Positions 13,096-26,493 of a DNA stretch of 64,000 nt are shown here, in pieces. The stretch is from contig NW_021832829.1 in NCBI RefSeq assembly GCF_006345805.1, positions 434,001-498,000 on the forward strand, in the 5' to 3' direction. Position 1 is the first letter of the stretch; each line of letters opens with the position of its first letter. The stretch comes from Octopus sinensis. Lineage: Eukaryota. Made by a program: the position numbers and the translations under genes. The notes below the pieces were generated by a model, which was given only the letters and a program-made list of their open reading frames with translations, searched no databases and was not told the DNA's origin.

Positions 13096-15226
13096 TAGGG
13101 TCAACTACTAAGTAAAGTCAACAAACTAATAAATTCTCCCAGCGAGACGGAGGGAACAGCTGTTGCCACGCATGACAGCCAGCAGGATCCTCTGAATGAG
13201 GAAAGTAAATTCCCTAGGGTCCTTGGACCGCGAAGAACAAAGATGTCCCAATTTCTTTAGGGAAGTGAGGGTCCCGGAGCCAAAGACGCCGGAGTCTCGA
13301 CAACGATTGGCCAAAACCAAAAGTCATCCATCAAAGACTGATATTTCCGGCACTTCGAAAGCTCAGCCTTATTAGCACGAGACCCAGCAAGAGAGGCCGA
13401 TTCGTTGATGAAAGACTTTGAGAAGGTATCCACACAAGTGGAATCCCAGACCAAAGGTCTCCCAGAATAAAACGAGAATAACGTAGAGCCGTCCGGCCTT
13501 TTCCCGTCACCACGGTCGAGACCCTTAGGCTCAAGGACAGAAGGGTAGCCGGCCTTTTCGAGTGAGTCGAGAATGATTCTGTTAATCGCCGAATGGCGTG
13601 GAATACGACCCGCGCTTTTCTTGCAGGAGAGGGCATGGAGCCCGTATACGTCCATAGTAGATCCGCACCGGCAGGGGTGGGGACTACAGATCGGAAGTCC
13701 GAGGCGGAGGCAAATGCCAAAACGGAGGGCGTCGGAGTCAAGACAGGTGTCCAAATGGGTCGAAGGAAGGCAGTTAAGCCAAGAGCCAGAATGCGGTTGG
13801 CGGCTGGCACGGTAACAAGCCAGTCTGTGCTGGTTCAGGAGAGCCTCCAACGAGTCCGCATGATGCTTACTAAGAATTTTATCCCATTCACGTTGGAGGG
13901 ACCTATCAGAAGGGAACTCAAGCCCTTTTTCCTTCCAAAGCAAAAGTGCAGAATTAATATCAGAGTCCAAACGAGATCCGGGCGATTTTTCAAGAATCTT
14001 ATGGACAAGAAGATACAATCCTGAAGACGATGAAAGGAAAGCGGGAAGAGAAATGTCGAGAGCCGAGCGGAGCCCAAGCCCACCAAAAGGAACAGGAAGT
14101 TTGGCCTGACGCCAACCGACATCATCGAACTTGACGTTAAAATAATCTCGGCTGAAGAACGCACCAGAGCGTCAAAAGACTCCAAAGCAGAGGGAACAGA
14201 AAAGCAACAGGAACTCCTTAGGACATAATTGATCCTCGGAATCAAAAGAAAGTTTTTGAGGATAAAAAAAAGCGGGATGGGGATCGATGTCCACAAGTTT
14301 ATCACAAAGAGAAGCAAGAGCATTTCTCTTGGAATCGAGAATACGAGAGACCGATTGGTGGTGGATCGGGGCACCCAGGATTTCAAGTTCAGAATAAGAG
14401 GTCTGCCTCAGATCGGGCAAGAGGCCACGAAACTGGGCAAAAAGGTCTTCGAAGGTGAGGTCTTCGACGTTAAGATTAACGATTTCAGATTTTAGAGAAT
14501 TGATTTCAAGACCAATAGATGACACGCCGGGAGTAGAGATTGCAAGTCGTTTAGCAAAATGTCGGGCGGACCACCAATAGTACAGTCGTCCAAATACAAA
14601 TATTAAGAGGGGACGCAATCCTGCGGGCGACAAAGTCCACCGAGAGGGCAAATAATAAAGGACCCAAAGGATCGCCTTGCTGTACGCCACAGGAAGACGA
14701 AATGAAAGAATCGCCAGCAACCAAGAGGCTCGGGTTACCATAAGAAAGAAAAATGAAGGGCAGCAGAGAAGGAATTCTGGCCTTGCAAACCTCAAGAAGA
14801 TGCTTTCTATTGAGCGAATTGAAAGCGTTCTTCACATCCAATTTTAATAATAACTGGGGCCGCTCTGAGAGACGAGCCGATTCAATGAAACACCGGGCAG
14901 CGTGGACCGAGGCCTCGCACCCACCAGGTACCCCCACACCCAACTGAAGGGCTGGAGTTCGTCGCTAATAGAGGAATTACAAGCGCATCCGACCTTTGCA
15001 AACAAGCGACGAAAAACGTTCCCGACGGCAATAGGTCTGATGCCGCCGTCTTTCTTCCCCAAAGCAGACAGGTTCGCAGAGAAGAAAATTGAAAACTTAA
15101 GTTATTTCAATTTTAATTTTAAATCATGTTAAAAATTTAAATAATTAATAAATATATTTGTTGATGATAGGCTTGTTAGGTGTCAAAGTTGCGTCTAGCG
15201 CTCGGTCGCGCGCTGCGCTCGCGACA
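12599..15226. mobile_element. Non-autonomous TIR element (MITE, ~585 bp without its insert) inserted in the satellite
   Basis: Ends TGTCGCGAGCGCAGCGAGCGACC / GGTCGCGCGCTGCGCTCGCGACA (1 mismatch); TAATA duplicated at 12594-12598 and 15227-15231; removing it restores an intact monomer. Confidence 0.9.
13061..15090 (-). mobile_element. 5'-truncated CRE-clade retrotransposon with poly(A) tail, nested in the MITE
   Basis: T36 run at 13059-13094; TSD GAAAACTTAAGTT at 13048-13060 and 15091-15103; [26 protein letters not shown] and QRILLAVMRGN; frameshifted. Confidence 0.93.
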
Positions 15227-18200
15227 TAATAGATTGCGTTATATATTTTCAATTGGAGAGGTCCCTAAATGTTGGGATATGGAGGTACTTGAAATTTTGT
15301 AATAAATTATGTAACTATTATGCAATTTGGGAGAGGTGTCAGATGTGAGGATTTAGGGGTACTTGAGATTATGTAATTAATTGCGTAATATCAACTACAA
15401 TTTAAGAGGTCTCTAGATGTTGAATAAGTGGGTACTTGAGATTGTGTAATAAATTGCCTAATAATTACGTAATTATTGGAGGTCCCTATATGTAAAGATA
15501 TATGGGTTCTTGAGATTATGTACTAAATTGGTGTTAATTACTTTCCAATTTAGAGAGGTTTCTTAATTTTAGGATATGGGGGTACTTGAGATTATATCAT
15601 AAATTGAGTAACATTTATATTATGCAATATGGTGAGTTTGCAGAATGTAAGGATATGGGGGTTCTTAAAATTATGTAATAAATTGCGTAAAATTTGAATT
15701 TTGGAGAATTTCCAGGATGTGAGGATATATTGGTTCTTGAGATTATTTAATAGATTGCGTTATATATTTTCAATTGGAGAGGTCCCTAAATGTTGGGATA
15801 TGGAGGTACTTGAAATTTTGTAATAAATTAATGTAACATATTATGCAATTTGTGAGAGGTGTCAGATGTGAGGATTTAGGGGTACTTGAGATTATGTATT
15901 AATTGCGTAATATCAACTACAATTTAAGAGGTCTCTAGATGTGTGAATAAGTGGGTACTTGAGATTGTGTAATATTGCATAATATATTACGTAATTTTTG
16001 GAGGTCCCCTTATGTAAAGATATATGGGTTCTTGAGATTATGTACTAAATTGTGTTATATACTTTCCAATTTAGAGAGGTTTCTTAATTTTAGGATATGG
16101 GGGTACTTGAGATTATATCATAAATTGAGTAACATTTGAATTTTGGAGAATTTCCAGGATGTGAGGATATATTGGTTCTTGAGATTATTTAATAAATTGC
16201 GTTATATATTTTCAATTGGAGAGGTCCCTAAATGTTGGGATATGGAGGTACTTGAAATTTTGTAATAAATTATGTAACATATTATGCAATTTGGGAGAGG
16301 TGTCAGGATGTGAGGATTTAGGGGTACTTGAGATTATGTAATTAATTGCGTAATATCAACTACAATTTAAGAGGTCTCTAGATGTGTGAATAAGTGGGTA
16401 CTTGAGATTATGTACTAAATTGTGTTATATACTTTCCAATTTAGAGAGGTTTCTTAATTTTAGGATATGGGGGTACTTGAGATTATATCATAAATTGAGT
16501 AACATTTATATTATGCAATATGGTGAGGTTGCAGGATGTAAGGATATGGGGGTTCTTGAAATTATGTAATAAATTGCGTAAAATTCGAATTTTGGAGAAT
16601 TTCCAGGATGTGAGGATATATTGGTTCTTGAGATTATTTAATAGATTGCGTTATATATTTTCATTTGGAGAGATCTCTAAATGTTGGGATATGGGGTTAC
16701 TTAAGATTTTGTAATAAATTATGTAACATATTATGCATTTGGGGAGGTGCCAGGATGTGAGGATTTAGGGGTACTTGAGATTGTAATTAATTGCGTAATA
16801 TATACTACAATTAAGAGAGGTCTCTAGATGTGTGAATAAGTGGGTACTTTAGATTATGTAATAAATTGCCTAATATATTACGTAATTTTTGGAGGTCCCT
16901 ATATGTAAAGATATATGGGTTCTTGAGATTATGTACTAAATTGTGTTATATACTTTCCAATTTAGAGAGGTTTCTTAATTTTAGGATATGGGGGTACATG
17001 AGATTATATCATAAATTGAGTAACATTTATATTAGGTGCAATATGGTGAGTTTGCAGAATGTAAGGATATGGGGGTTCTTAAAATTATGTAATAAATTGC
17101 GTAAAATTTGAATTTTGGAGAATTTCCAGGATGTGAGGATATATTGGTTCTTGAGATTATTTAATAGATTGCGTTATATATTTTCAATTGGAGAGGTCCC
17201 TAAATGTTGGGATATGGAGGTACTTGAAATTTTGTAATAAATTATGTAACATATTATGCAATTTGGGAGAGGTGTCAGGATGTGAGGATTTAGGGGTACT
17301 TGAGATTATGTAATTAATTGCGTAATATCAACTACAATTTAAGAGGTCTCTAGATGTGTGAATAAGTGGGTACTTGAGATTGTGTAATAAATTGCATAAT
17401 ATATTACGTAATTTTTGGAGGTCCCTATATGTAAAGATATATGGGTTCTTGAGATTATGTACTAAATTGTGTTATATACTTTCCAATTTAGAGAGGTTTC
17501 TTAATTTTAGGATATGGGGGTACTTGAGATTATATCATAAATTGAGTAACATTTGAATTTTGGAGAATTTCCAGGATGTGAGGATATATTGGTTCTTGAG
17601 ATTATTTAATAGATTGCGTTATATATTTTCAATTGGAGAGGTCCCTAAATGTTGGGATATGGAGGTACTTGAATTTTGTAATAAATTATGTAACATATTA
17701 TGCAATTTGGAGAGGTGTCAGGATGTGAGGATTTAGGGGTCTACTTGAGATTATGTAATTAATTGCGTAATATCAACTACAATTTAAGAGGTCTCTAGAT
17801 GTGTGTAAGTGGGTACTTGAGATTATGTACTAAATTGTGTTATATACTTTCCAATTTAGAGAGGTTTCTTAATTTAGGATATGGGGTACTTGAGATTATA
17901 TCATAAATTGAGTAACATTATATTATGCAATATGGTGAGGTTGCAGGATGTAAGGATATGGGGGTTCTTGAAATATGTAATAAATTGCGTAAAATTTGAA
18001 TTTTGGAGAATTTCCAGGATGTGAGGATATATTGGTTCTTGAGATTATTTAATAGATTGCGTTATATATTTTCATTTGGAGAGATCTCTAAATGTTGGGA
18101 TATGGGGGTACTTGAAATTTTGTAATAAATTATGTAACATATTATGCAATTTGGGAGAGGTGTCAGGATGTGAGGATTTAGGGGTACTTGAGATTATGTA

Positions 18201-21200
18201 ATTAATTGCGTAATATCAACTACAATTTAAGAGGTCTCTAGATGTGTGAATAAGTGGGTACTTGAGATTATGCACTAAATTGTGTTATATACTTTCCAAT
18301 TTAGAGAGGTTTCTTATTTTAGGATATGGGGGTACTTGAGATTATATCATAAATTGAGTAACATTATATTATGCAATATGGTGAGGTTGCAGGATGTAAG
18401 GATATGGGGGTTCTTGAAATTATGTAATAAATTGCGTAAAATTTGAATTTTGGAGAATTTCCAGGATGTGAGGATATATGGTTCTTGAAATTATTTAATA
18501 GATTGCGTTATATATTTTCATTTGGAGAGATCTCTAAATGGGGATATGGGGTTACTTAAGATTTTGTAATAAATTATGTAACATATTATGCAATTTGGGG
18601 AGGTGCCAGGATGTGAGGACTTGAGATTATGTAATTAATTGCGTAATATATACTACAATTAAGAGAGGTCTCTAGATGTGTGAATAAGTGGGTACTTTAG
18701 ATTATGTAATAAATTGCCTAATATATTACGTAATTTTTGGAGGTCCCTATATGTAAAGATATATGGGTTCTTGAGATTATGTACTAAATTGTGTTATATA
18801 CTTTCCAATTTAGAGAGGTTTCTTAATTTTAGGATATGGGGGTACTTGAGATTATATCATAAATTGAGTAACATTTATATTATGGAATATGGTGAGGTTG
18901 CAGGATGTAAGGATATGGGGGTTCTTGAAATTATGTAATAAATTGCGTAAAATTTGAATTTTGGAGAATTTCCAGGATGTGAGGATATATTGGTTCTTGG
19001 GATTATTTAATAGATTGCGTTATATATTTTCAATTGGAGAGGTCCCTAAATGTTGGGATATGGAGGTACTTGAAATTTTGTAATAAATTATGTAACATAT
19101 TATGCAATTTGGGAGAAGTGTCAGGATGTGAGGATTTAGGGGTACTTGAGATTATGTAATTAATTGCGTAATATCAACTACAATTTAAGAGGTCTCTAGA
19201 TGTGTGAATAAGTGGGTACTTGAGATTGTGTAATAAATTGCCTAATATATTACGTAATTTTTGGAGGTCCCTATATGTAAAGATATAAGGGTTCTTGAGA
19301 TTATGTACTAAATTGCGTTATATACTTTCCAATTTGGAGATGTTTCTAAATTTTAGGATATGGGGGTACTTGAAATTATATCATAAATTGAGTGAGTAAC
19401 ATTTATATTATGCAATTAGGGGAGGTGTCAGGATGTGAGGATTTAGGTTTTCTTTAGCCTATGTAATAATTTGCGTAATAAATTGCTTAAAATATGAAAT
19501 TTCCAGAGGTCCCAGGATGTGAGGATATATGGGTTCTTGAGATTATTTAAACAATTTCGTTATGTATTTTCATTTGGAGAGGTCTCTAAATGTTTGGATA
19601 TGGGGGTACTTCTGTAATAAATTGCATAATATATTACGTAATTTTTGGAGGTACCTATATGTAAAGATATATGGGTTCTTGAGATTATGTACTAAATTGT
19701 GTTATATACTTTACAATTTAGAGAGGTTTCTTAATTTTAGGATATGGGGGTACTTGAGATTATATCATAAATTGAGTAACATTTATATTATGCAATATGG
19801 TGAGGTTGCAGGATGTAAGGATATGGGGGTTCTTGAAATATGTAATAAATAGCGCGTAAAATTTGAATTTTGGAGAATTTCCATGTAATCCAACAATTTC
19901 GTTATGTATTTTCAATTGGAGAGGTCTCTAAATGTTTGGATATGGGGGTACTTGAGATTTTGAAATAAATTATGTAACATATTATGCAATTTGGGAAGAT
20001 GCAAGGATGTGATGATTTAGGGTTCTTGAGATTATGTACTAAATTGTGTTATATACTTTACAATTTAGAGAGGTTTCTTAATTTTAGGATATGGGGGTAC
20101 TTGAGATTATATCATAAATTGAGTAACATTTATATTATGCAATATGGGGAATGCCAGGATGTGAGGATTTAGGGGTACTTGAGATTATGTAATTAATTGC
20201 GTAATATATACTACAATTAAGAGAGGTCTCTAGATGTGTGAATAAGTGGGTACTTTAGATTATGTAAAAAATTGCCTAATATATACGTAATTTTTGGAGG
20301 TCCCTATATGAAGATATATGGGTTCTTGAGATTATGTACTAAATTGTGTTATATACTTTCCAATTTAGAGAGGTTTCTTAATTTTAGGATATGGGGGTAC
20401 TTGAGATTATATCATAAATTGAGTAACATTTATATTATGCAATATGGTGAGGTTGCAGGATGTAAGGATATGGGGGTTCTTGAAATTATGTAATAAATTG
20501 CGTAAAATTTGAATTTTGGAGAATTTCCAGGATGTGAGGATATATTGGTTCTTGAGATTATTTAATAGATTGCGTTATATATTTTCAATTGGAGAGGTCC
20601 CTAAATGTTGGGATATGGAGGTACTTGAAATTTTGTAATAAATTATGTAACATATTATGCAATTTGGGAGAGGTGTCAGGATGTGAGGATTTAGGGGTAC
20701 TTGAGATTATGTAATTAATTGCGTAATATCAACTACAATTTAAGAGGTCTCTAGATGTGTGAATAAGTGGGTACTTGAGATTATGCACTAAATTGTGTTA
20801 TATACTTTCCAATTTAGAGAGGTTCATAATTTTAGGATATGGGGGTACTTGAGATTATATCATAAATTGAGTAACATTTATATTATGCAATATGGTGAGG
20901 TTGCAGGATGTAAGGATATGGGGGTTCTTGAAATTATGTAATAAATTGCGTAAAATTTCAATTTTGGAGAATTTCCAGGATGTGAGGATATATTGGTTCT
21001 TGAAATTATTTAATAGATTGCGTTATATATTTTCATTTGGAGAGATCTCTAAATGTTGGGATATGGGGTTACTTAAGATTTTGTAATAAATTATGTAACA
21101 TATTATGCAATTTGGGGAGGTGCCAGGATGTGAGGACTTGAGATTATGTAATTAATTGCGTAATATATACTACAATTAAGAGAGGTCTCTAGATGTGTGA

Positions 21201-23987
21201 ATAAGTGGGTACTTTAGATTATGTAATAAATTGCCTAATATATTACGTAATTTTTGGAGGTCCCTATATGTAAAGATATATGGGTTCTTGAGATTATGTA
21301 CTAAATTGTGTTATATACTTTCCAATTTAGAGAGGTTTCTTAATTTTAGGATATGGGGGTACTTGAGATTATATCATAAATTGAGTAACATTTATATTAT
21401 GCAATATGGTGAGGTTGCAGGATGTAAGGATATGGGGGTTCTTGAAATTATGTAATAAATTGCGTAAAATTTGAATTTTGGAGAATTTCCAGGATGTGAG
21501 GATATATTGGTTCTTGGGATTATTTAATAGATTGCGTTATATTTTTCAATTGGAGAGGTCCCTAAATGTTGGGATATGGAGGTACTTGAAATTTTGTAAT
21601 AAATTATGTAACATATTATGCAATTTGGGAGAGGTGTCAGGATGTGAGGATTTAGGGGTACTTGAGATTATGTAATTAATTGCGTAATATCAACTACAAT
21701 TTAAGAGGTCTCTAGATGTGTGAATAAGTGGGTACTTGAGATTGTGTAATAAATTGCATAATATATTACGTAATTTTTGGAGGTCCCTATATGTAAAGAT
21801 ATATGGGTTCTTGAGATTATGTACTAAATTGCGTTATATACTTTCCAATTGGAGATGTTTCTAAATTTTAGGATATGGGGGTACTTGAAATTATATCATA
21901 AATTGAGTGAGTAACATTATATTATGCAATTAGGGGAGGTGTCAGGATGTGAGGATTTAGGTTTTCTTTAGCCTATGTAATAATTTGCGTAATAAATTGC
22001 TTAAAATATGAAATTTCCAGAGGTCCCAGGATGTGAGGATATATGGGTTCTTGAGATTATTTAAACAATTTCGTTATGTATTTTCATTTGGAGAGGTCTC
22101 TAAATGTTTGGATATGGGGGTTCTTGTGTAATAAATTGCATAATATATTACGTAATTTTTGGAGGTACCTATATGTAAAGATATATGGGTTCTTGAGATT
22201 ATGTACTAAATTGTGTTATATACTTTACAATTTAGAGAGGTTTCTTAATTTTAGGATATGGGGGTACTTGAGATTATATCATAAATTGAGTAACATTTAT
22301 ATTATGCAATATGGTGAGGTTGCAGGATGTAAGGATATGGGGGTTCTTGAAATTATGTAATAAATAGCGTAAAATTTGAATTTTGGAGAATTTCCATGTA
22401 ATCCAACAATTTCGTTATGTATTTTCAATTGGAGAGGTCTCTAAATGTTTGGATATGGGGGTACTTGAGATTTTGAAATAAATTATGTAACATATTATGC
22501 AATTTGGGAAGATGCAAGGATGTGATGATTTAGGGTTCTTGAGATTATGTACTAAATTGTGTTATATACTTTACAATTTAGAGAGGTTTCTTAATTTTAG
22601 GATATGGGGGTACTTGAGATTATATCATAAATTGAGTAACATTTATATTATGCAATATGGGGAGGTTGCAGGATGTGAGGATATGGGGGTTCTTGAAATT
22701 ATGTAATAAATTGCGTAATAAATTGCGTAAAATATGAATTTTGGAGACTACAATTTAGAGAGGTCTCTAGATGTGTGAATAAGTGGGTACTTTAGATTAT
22801 GTAATAAATTGCCTAATATATTACGTAATTTTTGGAGGTCCCTATATGTAAAGATATATGGGTTCTTGAGATTATGTACTAAATTGCGTTATATACTTTC
22901 CAATTTGGAGATGTTTCTAATTTTTAGGATATGGGGGTACTTGAGATTATATCATAAATTGAGTGAGTAACATTTATATTATGCAATTTGGGGAGGTCCA
23001 GGATGTGAGGCTATGGGGGTTCTTTAGACTATATAATAATTTGCGTAATTAATTGCGTAAAATATGTAATTTGGAGAGGTCCCAGGATGTGAGGATTTAC
23101 GGGTTCTTGAGATTAATTAATAAATTTCGTTATATATTTTCATTTGGAGATGTCTCTAAATGTTGGATATGGGGTTACTTGAGATTTTGAAATATATTAT
23201 GTAACATATTATGCAATTTGGGGAGGTGCCAGGATGTGAGGATTTAGGGGTACTTGAGATTATGTAATTAATTGCGTAATATCAACTACAATTTAAGAGG
23301 TCTCTAGATGTGTGAATAAGTGGGTACTTGAGATTGTGTAATAAATTGCCTAATATATTACGTAATTTTTGGAGGTCCCTATATGTAAAGATATATGGGT
23401 TCTTGAGATTATGTACTAAATTGCGTTATATACTTTCCAATTTATAGAAGTTTCTTAATTTTAGGATATGGGGCTACTTGAGATTATATCATAAATTGAG
23501 TAACATTTATATTATGCAATATGGGGAGGTTGCAGGATGTGAGGATATGGGGGTTCTTGAAATTATGTAATAAATTTCGTAATAAATTGCGTAAAATATG
23601 AATTTTGGTGAGTTCCCAGGATGTGAGGATATATTGGTTCTTGAGATTATTTAATTTAAAATTAGGCGTGCTACGCCTATTCCAATGCGTAGTCGGTAAT
23701 CACTCGATGTAATCATGCCACTCTGCGTACGCAAGTGCGAGAGCATTCTGTGCTTGTTTGCATAGTATTTAATCAGTTTGGTTGAATATATGAACAAGGT
23801 TTCCATAGAGATCTCAAGTCAGCAAGATGCGGCAGTATTTTTATTCATAGAGGAGTAAATCGTAATTTACTTAATTTTGAATATTTCTTTACTTTTTAAA
23901 AAATCCATATTCGTGACTTACTGCACAAAGAAGACGTCGATTAGAAATAAAGTAGCATAGAATTACATTATGATAAAACAAATTAAT

Positions 23988-26493
23988 TCAGTGAAGCCAA
24001 AAAAAGAGAGTAGACAAGATCCTTTGGGGTAGAAGCAACGTCGACAAAGTCCACTGATTTAATACGCAGTGGCTTCAACTCCCATATACTCTCGAATATA
24101 TAACTTCCGTCTGAAACATTACCAGTGCCCACAATATACTAATCTTATCATAATATTGTATACCAGAAGGAATCTCAACAACTCTCGATAGAACACTTTC
24201 ATATTATCATCTCTAGAACATTCCAGAATATTTTTCACAAGTCGTGAAATTAGTTTATCCATAATTTTCTCAGCTAATTCAAAACGAATGAGAATATCAG
24301 AAATGAAATAGTCAAACTATAAATGAAAGTAAAATTAAAACATGTTCTTTTACAGAATCAAATTCTAAAGACTTGTGGGTGATATTTGACAATATTTGGA
24401 GATATCTAAAAAACACAGAAGAGCAATGACTATTCCCTTCCTCGAAAATCCCACTTTCTAATCCACATTGAATAGCAGTGTTAATAACCTACGAATCCAG
24501 TCGATAAGAACGCAAAACTTTACTAAGTCGTTCCAATTCGGCCACTGTCAAAAAATTGAGAATAAAGCATAAAAAATATATAGCAGGAACTTGAGTCTGT
24601 TCACAGCACAATAAACTTTGTACATGAATTATGCTGTCTACAAAATCATCACGATTAAGCGAAAAATCAATACAGGATGACTGTAATAAATAAGTCAATT
24701 CTATACAACAATCTAAAATTTATTATCGCGTAACATTACATCTTATCACATTCTGATTGGTCGACATGAGTCCACCAAAATAGTATTTTGTAATTTCATT
24801 TACATCACAAATCGTGTAAAGGAGGCGACAAATAGCCGATACTCGCATTAAATTGAACTCGTATTCGGCAGCAAATAACTAGAAAATCTACCAAAAAGCA
24901 CACCCTTTTGACAATATGAGGAAACAACATCTGGATACCCTCAGAGGTCATTATAAATTTTATATCATGTAGAAGACATATTAGCTTTTCCAAATATAAA
25001 TACGTACTGCACATCACATCACCCGATGAAATATATAACTGCAAAATGAACCATCGAAAGATAGCGTCTGAGTGGACAGCAGAATTGTAGCCAATTTGGT
25101 CCTATTTTTTGATTATTGCAAAACAACATTAATTAAGGAAAACATGGCCTGATGGGATTTGGAACTGTCAGACGAAAACAACAAATCAGCTTCCTTTTGT
25201 GTAAAATTTGACGAAAAGTAGTTTTTCAGTTCCTCGAAATGGGATTTCGAAGGGAAATCAAAACACCATTTCGTAAGCTTAAAATAACAAAAATAAAAAC
25301 CGCAAAATCTAGATCATTTACACTTAGATCAAGTCGTCGAATCTATATTATATTCGAATGAATTATACTTTTCTTGATAATCCATCCTCATTAACATTAT
25401 CCTGCCAATGAGAAAGAGTACAAATACGTTAATTTTGTTTGAAATTAAGTCTGTTTCGACAGCCAGCTTCGTTCTAAACTTATATAGTAGAGGAGTCGCT
25501 TCCTTGACAGGGAATTCATTAAACGATTCCAGATTGGTCTCCTACAATTTGAAATGCCAAATTTACAAAAATAGTCTCATTTGATATTGCAATGGATTCA
25601 GGTTTTAACTTCTTCCTTTCAATTTCTGCCAACTCGTAAATCTAATTGTTATTTTACAAATTATAATATATTTTTGTGGATAACCCAAAAAAATAAATTA
25701 ACCTTGTTTTTCTTGTGATGATTTAGCGCGCTTATGTGTGAATGCACATTATTATCCCCAAAGCACACAATGAACATGGAAATAGCACAAAATGCAGCAT
25801 TTCGGAGTGTGGGAGAAGAGTAGTCAGCATACTTTATATTTTTTTGCTGTAATATTACCTTTGTAAGTTTTTTTAGAATTAATCCAATTTTCTTATTTGG
25901 AATTCCGTCAAATGCCGTAGGATATCTTCCCATGTATCGAGCAAGAAACAATACTGTCTCCTCGATGACTTTATTCTCAGTTTTATTTAGAAGCTTTAAA
26001 ATATTCTCAACCAGTTCTTCAGCCATACACTTTGAATTAAAAAAAGTTACAAAACCGTTTCAGAAAATGAATCAACGTGATGCCTCAGAACGTCTGACCT
26101 GAGTCGATTCGCAGATTTTAAAATTAAAAATGTTGTCTCAAATAAATAATATGAATTACACGATCTGAAAAGAATTGAAATTGCTCAGATAGGTTTGTAG
26201 ATATGAGTTGGAGAATTTCTAAAATTTTGGATTTTATGACCTGTGAGTTCTCCTTTGCAAGGGACTAAGGTAGAGTAATAGGATTATTTACAAGTAGAAG
26301 TGAATTGTGGAGAGATTTTAGATGTTCGTCGATTACTAAGTCTGAACCAATTCTTGATAGAATTGATTTGATCTCAAATAGTTGTTCTTGTCTTTCATTA
26401 AATGATTTTGAAAACTGAAATTTAAAATTTTTTTAATACCAGTTTATCTCGATAATATGACAATTCAGGTATTTGTTGTTTATTAGTATACAT
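23988..26493 (-). CDS. Uncharacterised multi-exon host gene, helical (HEAT/ARM-like composition); full exon structure not resolved
   Basis: ATG 26493 MYTNKQQIPELSYYRDKL; 25-nt GT-AG intron 26415-26439, then in-frame FSKSFNERQEQLFEIKSIL; several same-strand leucine-rich ORF pieces (25661-26026, 24805-25044, 24489-24698) separated by short AT-rich GT-AG gaps. Confidence 0.55.

Larger units (their letters stand above)
9207..23655. repeat. Satellite array of ~75-bp monomers in higher-order repeats (interrupted at 12599-15226)
   Basis: Seven monomer types (75, 75, 75, 79, 72, 73 and 75-76 bp) share the core GGGT(A/T)CTTGAGATTATGTAATAAATTG; 7-mer unit ~524 bp; a single degenerate monomer also lies at ~6218-6269. 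Confidence 0.97.

Noticed and set aside
10934-22706. About 18 near-identical short ORFs (GYLRLYHKLSNIYIM...)
   Set aside because: Chance read-through of satellite monomers, repeatedly broken by stops and frame changes
9207-23655. CRISPR-like look: a conserved ~28-nt core alternating with variable ~45-nt segments
   Set aside because: The variable parts are homologous to each other and recur in fixed order, there are no cas genes and the context is eukaryotic; this is a satellite HOR
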